Source: a virus
Strand: one strand, 5' to 3'
IMG/VR virus record: IMGVR_UViG_3300040809_000464
Coordinates: 24,676 to 88,675 of that record
Length of the DNA: 64,000 bases
The notes beneath the pieces are model-generated. The model was given only the letters and a program-made list of their open reading frames with translations, had not been told where the DNA came from and ran no database searches. Position numbers and translations under genes: made by a program. Positions 18,274 through 28,619 of this stretch are shown one piece after another (position 1 is the stretch's first letter; every line of letters starts with the position of its first letter).

Positions 18274-18705
18274 ATGACAATTCAAAACAATCAATCTCAC
18301 ATCAAAACCTCAAACAATACTTATCTCGCACATAGCTGGAACATGATTACACGCTTCCAGAGAATCCCCTACTTCGGTAAAATCTTAGGTATCCCATTCG
18401 CTCAGTTAGCCTCTGCTAAAGAGGAAGCAGACTTTGGAGAAGCCTTAGCAGACTCACTCTTCTTACTCTTCACTACTTTAGACGAAGTTGGTACAGTAGA
18501 CCTTATCAATAAACTACTAGATGGAGTACACTCTGTCAAAACTAATCAGCAAGTGGATATTGAAGCAGACTTCGATGGTGATATGTCTGAAGTAGTAGAG
18601 TTATGTGTAGCAGCCTTTAAGTTCCAATACGGGAGTTTGCTCAAGGGAAAGTCTTTGACAGGTCTAATCGAAGTGGGGAGCGGAATAAGCGCCTTAAAGG
18701 GTTAG
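18274..18705 (+). CDS. Tail assembly chaperone (gpG-like)
   Basis: Lies between tube and tape measure; contains a slippery site. Confidence 0.75.
   Translation: MTIQNNQSHIKTSNNTYLAHSWNMITRFQRIPYFGKILGIPFAQLASAKEEADFGEALADSLFLLFTTLDEVGTVDLINKLLDGVHSVKTNQQVDIEADFDGDMSEVVELCVAAFKFQYGSLLKGKSLTGLIEVGSGISALKG
18645..18651 (+). other. -1 programmed ribosomal frameshift site G-GGA-AAG, giving a gpGT-like fusion ending at 18932
   Basis: Heptamer matches the lambda G/T site and sits in the correct phase; the -1 frame is open from 18645 into ORF 18744..18932. Confidence 0.85.
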
Positions 18706-18948
18706 ACGAATACATTGAACATAACACAACTGTTCCTTGGTATATGGCTAGAGTGCATAACCTTTTAAGAAGTTCTCAGAATAAGAATGGACAGCTTACA
18801 TATGACACTGTTATGTATAAGATGAGCCTAGAAGAGTTTATCCAAGCAGAGGAGCAGTTTGATATATTTCAGATGTATGAAGATGAGCTTGAGAAGATTG
18901 CTGAAGCGGAAGCTAAGACTAAAAATAATTAAGGTAAGGTACTAGATC

Positions 18949-20994
18949 ATGGCAACAACTACAGTTAATGTTTCTGAAATTAAAAATATAGCCACGGTTG
19001 ATACTAGGTCTGCCTTAAGAAAGCTTAAAGAATATAAGAAAGAGCTAGAATCTTTCAAGAACATACAAATACCTAAGATTGGTCTTCAACGTTCTCAAGC
19101 TGTTACTAAGATGGGCTTAAAGGCTCAGAAGCAAGTCAATGAAGAGTTACGTAAGCAGAAAGAACATAGGAAGATGCTTGCTAATGCGGAGAGGGAAGCT
19201 CACAGAGAGAACTCTCAACGTATTAAGGAAGCTATAAGGCTCAGGCAACAACAATCTAAAGCTGAACAGAAAGCCTTAAACGATGCTCAACGTCAAGAAG
19301 CGAAACGTAGACGTGAACACGCTATCAAGGAAGAGAACATAGACTTCACTCGTGATAAGCTCAAGACTATGGGGGTCAGACCTGATAGTAAGCTTGCTAA
19401 GAGTGTGGAAGAATCTTCTAAGAGGTTACGTAGTGGTACTATCTCATTAAAGCGGTACAGACATGAAGTACGTATGGCTGAGATGGAGAACCGTAGATTA
19501 GCCCGTTCCACTAAAACTGTTGGTGAATCATTTAGAAGTCTTCGTTCAATGATTGTAGCTGCTACAGCCTCTATGACGTTGTTTGCAGAAGGTAGAGAGA
19601 TAGTTAGTACAGGTCTTGAGATTGAAGGTCTCCACTTAGCGTTGAAAGCTATTACGAAGGATACTGGTGCTGCCACTAAAGAGTATGAGTTCTTTAGGGG
19701 TGTAGTACATCAAACAGGTCTTGACTTACTTTCTAGTGCTAAATCATTTAAGATATTCACAGCAGCAGCATCTACTACAACATTGAAAGGTGAGAAGGCT
19801 AGAGCGCTCTTTGAAGAAACTTCTAAACAGATAGCTACATTAGGTTTGAGTGCTGATGAAGCATTCGGTATCTTCAAAGCTATGGGTCAGATAATGTCAA
19901 AGAACCGTGTTAGTGCGGAAGAATTATCTAACCAGTTGGGTGATAGGATGCCCGGTGCTGTAGGTTTGGCAGCTAAAGCGATGAACATGACAACCAAAGA
20001 GTTGTTAGCCTTAGTAGCTACAGGTAAGCTTACTGCTGAAGAGTTTTTACCTAAGTTAACCAAAGCCCTAAAGGATTCTAATAGTGGTTTCGCTGCTATG
20101 GCTGAAGAGAGTAAACGTATTGCTTTCGGTAGGTTCAAAACAGCTATCACAGATCTTCGTAATACAATCTTCCAAGGTGGTTTCGGGCAAGGGTTGGCTG
20201 ATTTAGCTAATACCATGTCAGAGATACTTATGAAGGCTAAACCGTTAGGTGCTTTCTTAGGTGGTACATTTAGAGGTATCCTTCTTGGTCTAGCTACTCC
20301 TGTTATGATACTAGTTGCTGCTTTAGTAGACCTAGTAAATATCCTTTCTGAAATATTCTTCGACAAAGCCTTTATAGATTTAGATAAGACAGACTTAGAC
20401 CTTATAGCATTGACAGGTACTATAGGTGGACTGGCTATTGGCTTAGGTGCTTTATCTGTAGTCTTAGTTAAGATAGTTGGTATCTTCAAATCACTACGTA
20501 AAGTGGCTCTAGGCGCTAGTTTAGCTATGTGGTTAAACCCTTTAGGTATTGCAGTAGCACTGTTCATAGGTTTGGCAGCAGGTGCAGTAGTCTTTAGAGA
20601 TGAGCTTAAGGGTGTTATCGAGGTAATGGATAAACTATTTGATAAGATGGAATCACTTTCAGAGTTTGCTGACAAGTTCCAACTAGGAGAGTGGTTTAAA
20701 GGTTTGCAAAGATTCAGTGAGTTTGTATCCCCGTGGACATCTGCACAAGGTAGACTTGATATACTAAGAGATAGATGGAATGAGAGTATCAATCCTCAAG
20801 CTTCTGTGCAAGGTAATACTACATCGGTCTCATCTAGTAACACTATTCAGAATGGTACAAGTGCGGCTCCTAAGACTGATGTGACTATCACATTACAGGG
20901 TGAACAATCTTGGCTTAGTGACTTTATCAACATCATTGTAGATGATAAAAGAGCGGATAGTGTACTTAAGATAATGAATGCAACATCTAAATAG
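18949..20994 (+). CDS. Tape measure protein
   Basis: 681-aa helical Ala/Leu-rich protein with GQIMSK.RVSAEEL.NQLGDR tape-measure motif. Confidence 0.9.
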   Translation: MATTTVNVSEIKNIATVDTRSALRKLKEYKKELESFKNIQIPKIGLQRSQAVTKMGLKAQKQVNEELRKQKEHRKMLANAEREAHRENSQRIKEAIRLRQQQSKAEQKALNDAQRQEAKRRREHAIKEENIDFTRDKLKTMGVRPDSKLAKSVEESSKRLRSGTISLKRYRHEVRMAEMENRRLARSTKTVGESFRSLRSMIVAATASMTLFAEGREIVSTGLEIEGLHLALKAITKDTGAATKEYEFFRGVVHQTGLDLLSSAKSFKIFTAAASTTTLKGEKARALFEETSKQIATLGLSADEAFGIFKAMGQIMSKNRVSAEELSNQLGDRMPGAVGLAAKAMNMTTKELLALVATGKLTAEEFLPKLTKALKDSNSGFAAMAEESKRIAFGRFKTAITDLRNTIFQGGFGQGLADLANTMSEILMKAKPLGAFLGGTFRGILLGLATPVMILVAALVDLVNILSEIFFDKAFIDLDKTDLDLIALTGTIGGLAIGLGALSVVLVKIVGIFKSLRKVALGASLAMWLNPLGIAVALFIGLAAGAVVFRDELKGVIEVMDKLFDKMESLSEFADKFQLGEWFKGLQRFSEFVSPWTSAQGRLDILRDRWNESINPQASVQGNTTSVSSSNTIQNGTSAAPKTDVTITLQGEQSWLSDFINIIVDDKRADSVLKIMNATSK

Positions 20995-21002
20995 GATAAC
21001 TT

Positions 21003-21659
21003 ATGGCAGACAACCTTGTAATATTAGCTGGAGGAGGTAGGAACTTAAATGAATCTGCCTTAATACCTTCAGTAGCAATAACAGTAGAACATAGTATGTC
21101 TAATGAGATCAGTAGTTATCCTATTGAGAAGATGGCTGATGCACTACTCAACTCTAAGAAGAATAACAACATCATTACGATGTCAGGTATGTTCTCCGAG
21201 ATACATTTACCTGCTGTCCTTGGTGGTGTTACTACTCCAGATGTTCTGAAAAGCACTATAGACTCTGGAGGTAACAGACCTCAAGCAGCTTTCGATTTGA
21301 TTGAAAGAGTAAGGAATGACAGCTCTTATGTAGATTTAGTCACCAAATATAAGACCTATAAAGATTGTCTCATCAAGACTTTCTTAGTGAATGAGGACAG
21401 TACAACTGATAAGGTTATGAGCTTTCAGATTACCTTTGAACAACCTCGCTTCATAGTTACTACTCAACAGGTAACAGCTAATATAGTTGAATCTAAACAG
21501 GATAGTGCTAGTGATAATATCTCTGGTAATCCTGCTACGAAGAAAGAAGAAGATGAGAAAACTTTAAGGGCGTTAGGTGATGTAGGAGATCTTATAGAGG
21601 ATATAGCTTCTGGGATCTTAGATACACTTAACCCTACAGAGGAGACACCAACACCATGA
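21003..21659 (+). CDS. Tail tube initiator/Dit-like baseplate protein
   Basis: Synteny after the tape measure; EH......S.YPIE motif. Confidence 0.6.
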   Translation: MADNLVILAGGGRNLNESALIPSVAITVEHSMSNEISSYPIEKMADALLNSKKNNNIITMSGMFSEIHLPAVLGGVTTPDVLKSTIDSGGNRPQAAFDLIERVRNDSSYVDLVTKYKTYKDCLIKTFLVNEDSTTDKVMSFQITFEQPRFIVTTQQVTANIVESKQDSASDNISGNPATKKEEDEKTLRALGDVGDLIEDIASGILDTLNPTEETPTP

Positions 21660-22009
21660 CAGTATTTTCATTACCTGTATCAGATTATGCAGACAATACC
21701 CAAACGATTGTTTTGGATGGTGTATCCTACAGTATGAGATTACAGTGGAACACAAGAGATGAGTCTTGGCAGTGTTTCTTAGGTGCTACTGGAAGGGAGT
21801 TTAAGTGTAAGTTTAAAGTGGTTGTTGGTTTTGATTTACTAAAACCTTTTAAAGCTTATGACGAGACACCAAACGGTAAGCTTTTCGTGTGGGACAATGA
21901 GCGGTATTTTGGTAGAGTTGGGAGAGATAACTTCGGTATTGATAAGCGCTTTGAGTTCTTTTACGAAACAGAAGATGGTACAGTAGCAGACCAACTCTTA
22001 GGAGAGTAA
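21656..22009 (+). CDS. Baseplate protein
   Basis: LDG..Y..RLQWNTR...W motif; synteny. Confidence 0.6.
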   Translation: MTVFSLPVSDYADNTQTIVLDGVSYSMRLQWNTRDESWQCFLGATGREFKCKFKVVVGFDLLKPFKAYDETPNGKLFVWDNERYFGRVGRDNFGIDKRFEFFYETEDGTVADQLLGE

Positions 22010-22010
22010 T

Positions 22011-22937
22011 ATGTACAAGTATGAACTTATTATAGGTGTTCCTTTAGAGATTGATAATCAGAATATAGATCAGCTAGCTACAGTTACTAATGAGTTCACT
22101 CTTACAAATAACCAGATAACGTTTGACATCAAGAAGAACAATGCAGCAGCTAGCAACTCTGGAAGTATAATAATAGTTAATGCTCCTCGTGAACTAGCTA
22201 ACTTACTTACTGAACAACAAGGTCAACGTTCTATTATAGAATTCAAAGCTGGCTTCACAACAGATCCAGAGCTACCTGAGATATTCAGAGGAGTGGTTGA
22301 GAACGCTACAGAAGACAAGCAAGGTGTGGATTATCGTCTGACCTTAAAGTTATCTGATGGCGGTTCAAACAAGAGAGAGTTTGTATCTAAAAGAGCATAC
22401 CCTACAGGTACTTCTATAGATGTCGTCTTAAGAGATTTAATAGGTGATGCTGGTTTGGCTAGGGGACCTATATATGAGATACGTGAAGAGTTGAAAGCAC
22501 CCTTATCTGTCTCTGGGAATACATACACGAACATAGTTAAGATAGCTGAGAAGTATGGTATGAACTTTTCTACTCAGAGTGGTACAGCTTATTTGATACC
22601 CGGTAATGCAGCTACGGAAGCACAAGTAGTTAGAATCAATGCAGATACAGGTATGGTTGGGAGTCCCTCTTTAGGAAGTAACCCAGCTAATCTATCTGGT
22701 GATGGTACGACACCAAAGCAAGGCATAGTTGTAACGAGTATCTTAAATGGTAATATCATCCCAGAGAACTTTGTAGAAGTAGCTTCTGAGAATGTGAACG
22801 GTTTATATAAAGTAGAAGAAGTACATCACAGCGGTAACTATGAAGGTTCTGTATGGTTTAGTAAGGTGACATGTAAACCTACTGATTACACTATTCAGAA
22901 TTATGTAGTAGAAGTGCCTTATAGAGTTGGAGGTTAA
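22011..22937 (+). CDS. Baseplate hub protein
   Basis: 308 aa; TGMVGSP and G.YKV..V.HSG motifs. Confidence 0.7.
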   Translation: MYKYELIIGVPLEIDNQNIDQLATVTNEFTLTNNQITFDIKKNNAAASNSGSIIIVNAPRELANLLTEQQGQRSIIEFKAGFTTDPELPEIFRGVVENATEDKQGVDYRLTLKLSDGGSNKREFVSKRAYPTGTSIDVVLRDLIGDAGLARGPIYEIREELKAPLSVSGNTYTNIVKIAEKYGMNFSTQSGTAYLIPGNAATEAQVVRINADTGMVGSPSLGSNPANLSGDGTTPKQGIVVTSILNGNIIPENFVEVASENVNGLYKVEEVHHSGNYEGSVWFSKVTCKPTDYTIQNYVVEVPYRVGG

Positions 22938-22938
22938 T

Positions 22939-23847
22939 ATGAGTAATGTGAATGATGAGGTTCAAGCTCTTAGTAACTTCATAGACTCAAAGCATAATGA
23001 TCTATTTACACAGATACCAGCTAAAGTAACTGATGTAAGTATGGTAACAGAAGGTAAGCCTTTTATTAATGCTGAACCTCTTATCAATACTAAGCGTTCT
23101 GATGGTACATATTATGAATTAGCAGAGGTATTGGAAGTCCCTTTGATGGTATACTCTGCTAACAACGGTAAAGCTAAGTTCACTCTCCCTATTAAGGTTG
23201 GTGATAATGTATTACTAATCTATTCTATGAGGGATACAGAAGATTATCTAACCAAGGATAGAACTGCCGTAGCTAATGCTGAATATCTACAAGTCTTAGG
23301 TGAGTACCCTATCATGGCTATCCCAGCAGGGTACACTCAAAGTAATTATGTAGAGGTAGATCCTGATAATATTCTCATTGAGAATGATATTCTTAAAGTG
23401 GTTATGAAACCTGATGGGGAAATGACTACAGATAATGATGTTACAAATATTACACATCAAGCAGATGGTACTTCAACGTATTCAAATGATAAGGTCAACG
23501 TAGAGTATAACAATGATGGTACAGTAACTATTACGAATGGTACTGCTACAGTAACTCTTGAATCGGGTGGTAATATAGTAGCTAACACTTCTGGTAATAT
23601 TACAGCTACAGCAGGTGGTAATGCAGATGTAACAGCTTCAGCAATCACTCTTAACGGTCCAGTAACTATCAATGGTACACTCAATGTAACAGGTGCTACA
23701 ACAGCGGCAGCTATTACAGGGGCAGCTATATTAGGTACAAGTGTTGCTACTACTGGTGGTGTTAACTTGGATAGCTTCAAGTCTGATTACGATACGCATA
23801 CACATATTTCTAATGGTTCTGGTAATGAAACTGACCCTCCTTCTTAA
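22939..23847 (+). CDS. Baseplate central spike (gp138/gpV-like)
   Basis: PIKVGD.VL N-terminal OB-fold motif, beta-helix repeats, C-terminal HTH metal-binding motif; GGAGG RBS before ATG 22939. Confidence 0.8.
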   Translation: MSNVNDEVQALSNFIDSKHNDLFTQIPAKVTDVSMVTEGKPFINAEPLINTKRSDGTYYELAEVLEVPLMVYSANNGKAKFTLPIKVGDNVLLIYSMRDTEDYLTKDRTAVANAEYLQVLGEYPIMAIPAGYTQSNYVEVDPDNILIENDILKVVMKPDGEMTTDNDVTNITHQADGTSTYSNDKVNVEYNNDGTVTITNGTATVTLESGGNIVANTSGNITATAGGNADVTASAITLNGPVTINGTLNVTGATTAAAITGAAILGTSVATTGGVNLDSFKSDYDTHTHISNGSGNETDPPS

Positions 23848-23868
23848 TATGGTCCTAGGATACTCCTT

Positions 23869-24507
23869 ATGTTCGATTTATATTTAGATCCCTACACTAA
23901 TGATCTTGTGATAGAGAATGATGATTTCAAGACAACCACCACGTTAGCCGAATCACTTAGACAGAGGTTATCTATCACGTTAAAGACTTGGCAAGGTGAA
24001 TGGTTTCAGGATACCACTTACGGTACTCCATATATACAGTCTATATTAGGTAAGCCAAGAACGCAAGAAGAAGTAGATGCTATCTTCTTATCTATCATAG
24101 GAGAGTATAACGCTGAGATACTTTCTGTAAACTCCTTCAATTCCAACTTCGATAGACGTACTAGAAACTTTGATTTAGATTTTGATGTAACAGCATTAGA
24201 TGGAAGTACCCTATCGTTTGGTACACCTTTACCTAGGGATGAAGAGATTTACCCTGACCCTGTAGACACAACTATCACACCAGTATGCCCTGTGAATATC
24301 CCTTTCGTAGTAGAGTGTGGTAACTGGTTAGCTCATGCAGCTATGGATGATTTTAGAGTCCAATCAGGTAACTATTTCACTAGTGATAGTGGTGAGATCC
24401 CTAATATACCTTATGGTTATGCTACGGAATCTGGAGAACCTTTCACTGAGTCAGGCGAAACTATTATGGAGTCAGGAACGTTTAATGATGTTACACCTGA
24501 CAGCTAA
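23869..24507 (+). CDS. Baseplate wedge/sheath initiator (gp25-like) with C-terminal extension
   Basis: L.QRL...L.TWQGEWF.D..YG.PY motif. Confidence 0.7.
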   Translation: MFDLYLDPYTNDLVIENDDFKTTTTLAESLRQRLSITLKTWQGEWFQDTTYGTPYIQSILGKPRTQEEVDAIFLSIIGEYNAEILSVNSFNSNFDRRTRNFDLDFDVTALDGSTLSFGTPLPRDEEIYPDPVDTTITPVCPVNIPFVVECGNWLAHAAMDDFRVQSGNYFTSDSGEIPNIPYGYATESGEPFTESGETIMESGTFNDVTPDS

Positions 24508-24529
24508 TTAATTTAAAGAGATTTATGAC

Positions 24530-26062
24530 ATGGCAGAATTTGGTGTAACAGGTTTTGGTTTTGTAAAGAAAACCAGAAACGAGATACTAGAAGATTTAAA
24601 AAGTAAAGCTAGAGACGAATATGGTAACTCTATAAATACTGATAATGATTCTCTGGTAGGGCAAACCTTAGCGATCTATACTGACCAGCTTACGGACTTA
24701 TGGGAAGGTTTAGAGGGAGTATATAATGCTCAAACTATTAATGGTGCAGAGGGTATTTACCTAGATGATGTACTATCTTTACAAGGTATTAATCGTAGAG
24801 GCAAGCAGAAAAGTACAGGTCTAGCATATCTAACAACAAATGGCTTTACCCCTAACAATACTGATTTAGATAGTGGTACTACTTTCCTAACTAATACTGG
24901 TGAGAGGTATCTACCCGTGTTAGATATTATAACAATCACCAACAATGTGATTGGTTCTAGGGTACATACAGATGATGTTATACTTAATGAGGTTTATAGT
25001 GTTACGTGTATATCAGAAGTTACAGGTACTACAGAGAGTATATCAGTAACAGCAACAACGGACGAAGAGAAGTATACTTTAGTAGTTCAAGGTATTTATA
25101 ACTTCTTGACGGGATGCCATCCTAGCCTTATCTCTCTTATACAGTTGGAGACGATAGCGGGTAGCCCTACAACGGGTGCTTGTTACCTCGGTTATGATAC
25201 TAATCTAAATCTGCAAGGGTTATCTGTCCCTATCCTCTTTGCTAAGACTCCTCAACTAAATCTTTCAGGTTATGAGTCGCTAGGTACACGTATTACACGT
25301 ATATCTGTAGAAGCAGAGGAAGCGGGTATCCAGAACGTTACAGCAGGGTCTCTTAACCGTATATCACCTGAACCAATAGGTTTTGATTCTGTTACTAATA
25401 TTAACAGTATGTCTGAAGGTGCTGGCGTAGAGACTGATGCAGCATACAGGTTCAGGTATAATCAGATAGTAGATAGTACAAGTGCTGCTACAAGAGATGC
25501 TATAGAGGGTGCATTACTTCAAGTTAACGGTGTAACCAAAGTACGCATTTATGAGAATACTACCCCAGTCGATACCCCTGAAGCGGATTCTTATTCATTC
25601 AATAGTGTTGTCCTTGGCGGTATAGCAGAAGATATCACACAGACTTTATTCGATAAGAAACCTATCAATGTTAAAGCTTCTGGGACTACTTGTGTAACTG
25701 TATTATCTAGTCAAAATGATGCTACAGTAGTGTGTTACAGCCCAGCAACAGAACAAGATTTATCAGTACGTATTACATATACAACTAAAGCTGGTACAGC
25801 CCTAACACAACAAGAGCAACTAGATGTAGCTGAGTCTTTAGAGAACTACTCTGCCAACTTAGATATAGGTGATACAGTCTTTATAGGGCAGCTTCAAAGT
25901 TACATATACAATGTTTTAGGTTTTGATAGGTTGATATTCTTACAAGTAGAACTTAAAGAGGTTAGCCAACCTGATAGCAGTTATGCTAGTAGTGATTACA
26001 CACCTGATTTTGATGAAGTAGTTGCTATCAACAATACCAATATTACATATATAAGGCAGTAA
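24530..26062 (+). CDS. Baseplate J-like wedge protein
   Basis: G.YLD, G...ETDA.YR.R and L.Q.NGV motifs. Confidence 0.85.
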   Translation: MAEFGVTGFGFVKKTRNEILEDLKSKARDEYGNSINTDNDSLVGQTLAIYTDQLTDLWEGLEGVYNAQTINGAEGIYLDDVLSLQGINRRGKQKSTGLAYLTTNGFTPNNTDLDSGTTFLTNTGERYLPVLDIITITNNVIGSRVHTDDVILNEVYSVTCISEVTGTTESISVTATTDEEKYTLVVQGIYNFLTGCHPSLISLIQLETIAGSPTTGACYLGYDTNLNLQGLSVPILFAKTPQLNLSGYESLGTRITRISVEAEEAGIQNVTAGSLNRISPEPIGFDSVTNINSMSEGAGVETDAAYRFRYNQIVDSTSAATRDAIEGALLQVNGVTKVRIYENTTPVDTPEADSYSFNSVVLGGIAEDITQTLFDKKPINVKASGTTCVTVLSSQNDATVVCYSPATEQDLSVRITYTTKAGTALTQQEQLDVAESLENYSANLDIGDTVFIGQLQSYIYNVLGFDRLIFLQVELKEVSQPDSSYASSDYTPDFDEVVAINNTNITYIRQ

Positions 26063-26066
26063 GTAG

Positions 26067-26702
26067 ATGACTGAACCAGTTGAGAAGATACAGCTTGTAC
26101 CAAACAGAGAAGAACTTGCTCTAGAACTTTTACCTTCTCAATACCATGGTAAAGTTAATGTAGAGGGTCTTATAAAGATGTTCTCTGATGAGGTGCAACT
26201 TGTAGAGAATACTCTTATAGATTTACTTACTCTGAGAACCCTAAATAAAGCTTCTGGTGAGCAACTAGATGAGATTGGTAGGCGATTGAATCTATCAAGG
26301 ACCAGCCAAAATGATGAAATATTCAGAACTGCGATAAGAGTTAAAGCTCTAAGTAAGCGTAATGAAGGTACTGAAGAAGATGTAGCTAGGTTATTACAAT
26401 TAATCAGTGGCGACCCTAATGTATCACTCTATAAGTTTGAACCTTATGGTGTAACAGCTACGTATAATACAGCTTGTGTTCCCGAGGATAGAATAGAACA
26501 AATATCTGCTATATTCCCTGTAGTGACAGATTTATATTTAGAAGAGTTCATTACAGCAAGAGGTTTCGGTTTTAGTTCTATTACAGATCCAAACCCAGAT
26601 CTTAACACAGTTAATTACGGTCCTTTCAGTTCCATAGGCTCTCAGCCTGACCCCTTAACTCAAGGTACTTTTGTATCATTAGCATACTCTACCACGACAT
26701 AA
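26067..26702 (+). CDS. Baseplate wedge protein (DUF2612/gpI-like)
   Basis: A.GEQLDEIGR, D..FR..I motif. Confidence 0.7.
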   Translation: MTEPVEKIQLVPNREELALELLPSQYHGKVNVEGLIKMFSDEVQLVENTLIDLLTLRTLNKASGEQLDEIGRRLNLSRTSQNDEIFRTAIRVKALSKRNEGTEEDVARLLQLISGDPNVSLYKFEPYGVTATYNTACVPEDRIEQISAIFPVVTDLYLEEFITARGFGFSSITDPNPDLNTVNYGPFSSIGSQPDPLTQGTFVSLAYSTTT

Positions 26703-26717
26703 TATTAAGAGAAAACT

Positions 26718-28607
26718 ATGCCTATAAATAAACCTAGTGACTTCCCTGTGTGGGCATCTAATGATGTTACATTACCAGTGGCAGGGACAGATAATAAAGT
26801 AAAACCTAGAACAATATTGCAAACTCAGGGTGCAGACTTAGGTAATTTCTTTGCCGCTGAGGAAGCCAACTGGATGTTTGATAACCAGAATCAGTGGGTG
26901 CAATACTTTGATCAAGAGATTACAAACCTTGACAATCAGAACATAAAAGACTACCCCTCTACAATTGAGATGATAGCAGATACCTTCTTAGAAGAGAATG
27001 ACTATGTTAGAACATATGGTTATTCTTCTTTTGGTGATACTGGTGGAGCTATCTATAGAGTACTCACTACTGGCACTGCTGATGGGATGGAGGTTATAGC
27101 TCTTTCTAATGGATTGTTTGCACACTTCCAATACCTATCTAACGTAGTTAACCCTATGCAGTTTGGAGCTGCTGGTAATGGTACTGCTGATGATACCACT
27201 GCCCTACAGAAGATCATAGACCTTCCAGAAGATAATCCAGCCAACCCTCTCTTCACTAATGGTATTGTAGTAGAGTTGTCTAATAAGAGTTACGCCTGTA
27301 GTGTTGTATTTCAGAATAAAACAACTATTAGAAATGGTACATTGGTCCAACGTGCTTTAGGTGATAACATATTAGAACATGTAGAGGGCAGTACTAAGAG
27401 TACAGGGTGGAAGTTCTTAATAGTAGAGAATGTAACTTTCGATGGTAATGACTTTGAAGGTACTGATGTAAATACTATTGAGAATGATAACACAGCAGAT
27501 ATCATAAGTGGTAATACAGGATTATATGTAGATATAACAACTGTAGCTGTAGATAATGAATATAACCTATACTTCAAGGGTTGTACTTTTACAAAATTAT
27601 ATAACTCTAATATATGTTACCAGAATGCTAAGAGATTCACCACTGAAAAAGGTTTCAATACAATATTTGAAGATTGTATTATAGAGGAGACCACTAATGA
27701 TGATATCTTTGGTGGACCAGATTACACTAAGAAGTTACAGAATACTTTCATAATTGGTGATCCAGATTTATTTCTTTCTGCTCAACAAGAAGTATTGTTT
27801 AAGAATTGTAGGTCAGAAGATATTACATTAGGTTACATGTATGATAGAGGCTGTAGATTAATCTTTGACAACTCCTACATTAAAGGCTCGGGTACTTCTG
27901 GTGGTCCTAGTTTCTTAACAGGTAATGGGTCTGTGTCCTTTCTTAATAAATCGTATCTAGAGCTTACTTTAGATGATGCATTCTTGACAATGGATTCTTA
28001 CGATCTAGTAGTGGATAATAGTAAACTTGTGAATACTGCTACGGGAGAGTTAAAGGTTTGGTCTCAGTTTGGAGGATTCTACACCCCTGCAATGACCTTT
28101 ATTAGCGGTGGTAACTCTAACCTTGGACGACTTAGTATCTCTAGGGACTCAAACGGTAATGTTGGAGGAAGACCTGAGGTTAAGGTATCTATAGCAGATT
28201 CTTATGCAGATTACTTATTCATAAAACCTAGTGACTTGATAGAAGGGACCTCTCCAGACTTCGATACTATAACTATTACAGGTAGTACTCTAGACGATTT
28301 CAATATTGTATTAGATAGTGATTATAGTAGGTTAACACTTACAGGTAATGTACTTAACAGCTTCACTTCATATACAAACCTAGAGAGTATTGTACTTCCT
28401 GATAACACACCCTCAATGATCAGTATTACAGGTAATACATGTAATAAGCTATCTGGGGGTTCTGTAACAGCCTTATGTACTGCTGACAGGTCTAATGTAG
28501 ACACTAATAAATACTTTGCCTTTGGAGGTAACTGGTTAAACAACTATACGGATCTTCTAAGGTCTACTGATGACAGTACCACCCTCCCTACAGATTATAA
28601 TTTATAA
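26718..28607 (+). CDS. Tail fibre/spike 1 (baseplate-anchored, beta-helix)
   Basis: N-terminal WA...AEEANW anchor, T.GY...GD.GGA.Y domain, FGA.G.G.ADDT.ALQ beta-helix entry motif. Confidence 0.8.
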   Translation: MPINKPSDFPVWASNDVTLPVAGTDNKVKPRTILQTQGADLGNFFAAEEANWMFDNQNQWVQYFDQEITNLDNQNIKDYPSTIEMIADTFLEENDYVRTYGYSSFGDTGGAIYRVLTTGTADGMEVIALSNGLFAHFQYLSNVVNPMQFGAAGNGTADDTTALQKIIDLPEDNPANPLFTNGIVVELSNKSYACSVVFQNKTTIRNGTLVQRALGDNILEHVEGSTKSTGWKFLIVENVTFDGNDFEGTDVNTIENDNTADIISGNTGLYVDITTVAVDNEYNLYFKGCTFTKLYNSNICYQNAKRFTTEKGFNTIFEDCIIEETTNDDIFGGPDYTKKLQNTFIIGDPDLFLSAQQEVLFKNCRSEDITLGYMYDRGCRLIFDNSYIKGSGTSGGPSFLTGNGSVSFLNKSYLELTLDDAFLTMDSYDLVVDNSKLVNTATGELKVWSQFGGFYTPAMTFISGGNSNLGRLSISRDSNGNVGGRPEVKVSIADSYADYLFIKPSDLIEGTSPDFDTITITGSTLDDFNIVLDSDYSRLTLTGNVLNSFTSYTNLESIVLPDNTPSMISITGNTCNKLSGGSVTALCTADRSNVDTNKYFAFGGNWLNNYTDLLRSTDDSTTLPTDYNL

Positions 28608-28619
28608 GAGAATAATAAC

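Noticed and set aside
19887-20792. 301-aa antisense ORF inside the tape measure gene, and many similar antisense ORFs in the structural module
   Set aside because: Typical reverse-frame shadows of strongly biased coding sequence.
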